Part shown: piece by piece, positions 63,784 to 64,000 of the stretch
Layout of the letters: the number at the start of each line of letters is the position of its first letter
Numbering within the stretch: the stretch's first letter is position 1
DNA from: Actinomycetota bacterium
GTDB lineage: Bacteria > Actinomycetota > Actinomycetes > Nanopelagicales > Nanopelagicaceae
Direction of reading: 5' to 3'
Length of the DNA: 64,000 bases
Assembly: GCA_009702925.1 (NCBI GenBank)
Contig: WLHC01000001.1
Span: forward strand, 43,205 to 107,204
Notes under the pieces: generated by a model
Seen by the model: the letters and a program-made list of their open reading frames with translations, nothing else
What the model was told of the DNA's origin: nothing
Databases searched by the model: none
Made by a program: the position numbers and the translations under genes

Positions 63784-64000
63784 ATGACACGAGCTAAAGT
63801 TTTAGAGTGGAGTGGAGTTGTTACTGCAATTGTTTACTCCATGCTAATAGCAGCAAATATCGGAGCTGAATTTATTGGATTTACGCTTTTACTGAGTTCA
63901 TCTGTGTTGATTGGAATATGGGCCAAGATCAGTGGGCACAATGGAATTCTCTTTCTTCAATTTTTTTACGCGACCGCCGGAGTTATTGGAATGGTTCGCT
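63784..64000 (+). CDS. Small hydrophobic membrane protein, 3' end truncated by window
   Basis: Translated by hand: MTRAKVLEWSGVVTAIVYSMLIAANIGAEFIGFTLLLSSSVLIGIWAKISGHNGILFLQFFYATAGVIGMVR. SD GAGGT upstream. Open to the edge. Confidence 0.7.
   Translation, partial: MTRAKVLEWSGVVTAIVYSMLIAANIGAEFIGFTLLLSSSVLIGIWAKISGHNGILFLQFFYATAGVIGMVR

Noticed and set aside
1-64000. Prophage, IS, integrase, CRISPR or defence system
   Set aside because: No transposase, integrase, phage or Cas motifs appear in any ORF, and nearly all the sequence is accounted for by housekeeping genes.

Overview
Gene-dense core-genome segment of a small, low-GC (by eye) actinobacterium. Gene order and proteins (mIHF, BldD-like regulator, pgsA-patA-pimA, DUF349, PGKGP-type EF-P) fit the streamlined freshwater acI lineage (Ca. 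Nanopelagicales/Planktophila-like; this assignment is an inference). It carries the classic actinobacterial superclusters, mostly on the minus strand: pabB/pabC-thrS-HIT-pgsA-patA-pimA-pdxST-yebC-ruvCAB-secDF-rel; hisS-aspS-alaS-ruvX-mltG-aroE/C/K/B/Q-efp-nusB; pyrR-pyrBC-carAB-pyrKDF-mihF/gmk-rpoZ-coaBC-metK-priA-def-fmt-rsmB-rpe-hisEG. It also has three tRNAs (Gly-GCC, Cys-GCA, Val-GAC) and a few accessory genes at both ends. I saw no mobile elements, CRISPR or prophage. Most notable observations: (1) an in-frame fusion of nucleoid protein mIHF to guanylate kinase; (2) a miniaturised, P-loop-dead remnant of EF-G2 that still has its own promoter-like element; (3) a BldD orthologue with an intact c-di-GMP motif in a presumably non-sporulating cell; (4) SerB split into a stand-alone ACT-ACT protein and a catalytic domain; (5) a PyrR-binding leader that occludes the RBS; (6) pervasive predicted leaderless transcription; (7) a structured leader upstream of a purine permease.
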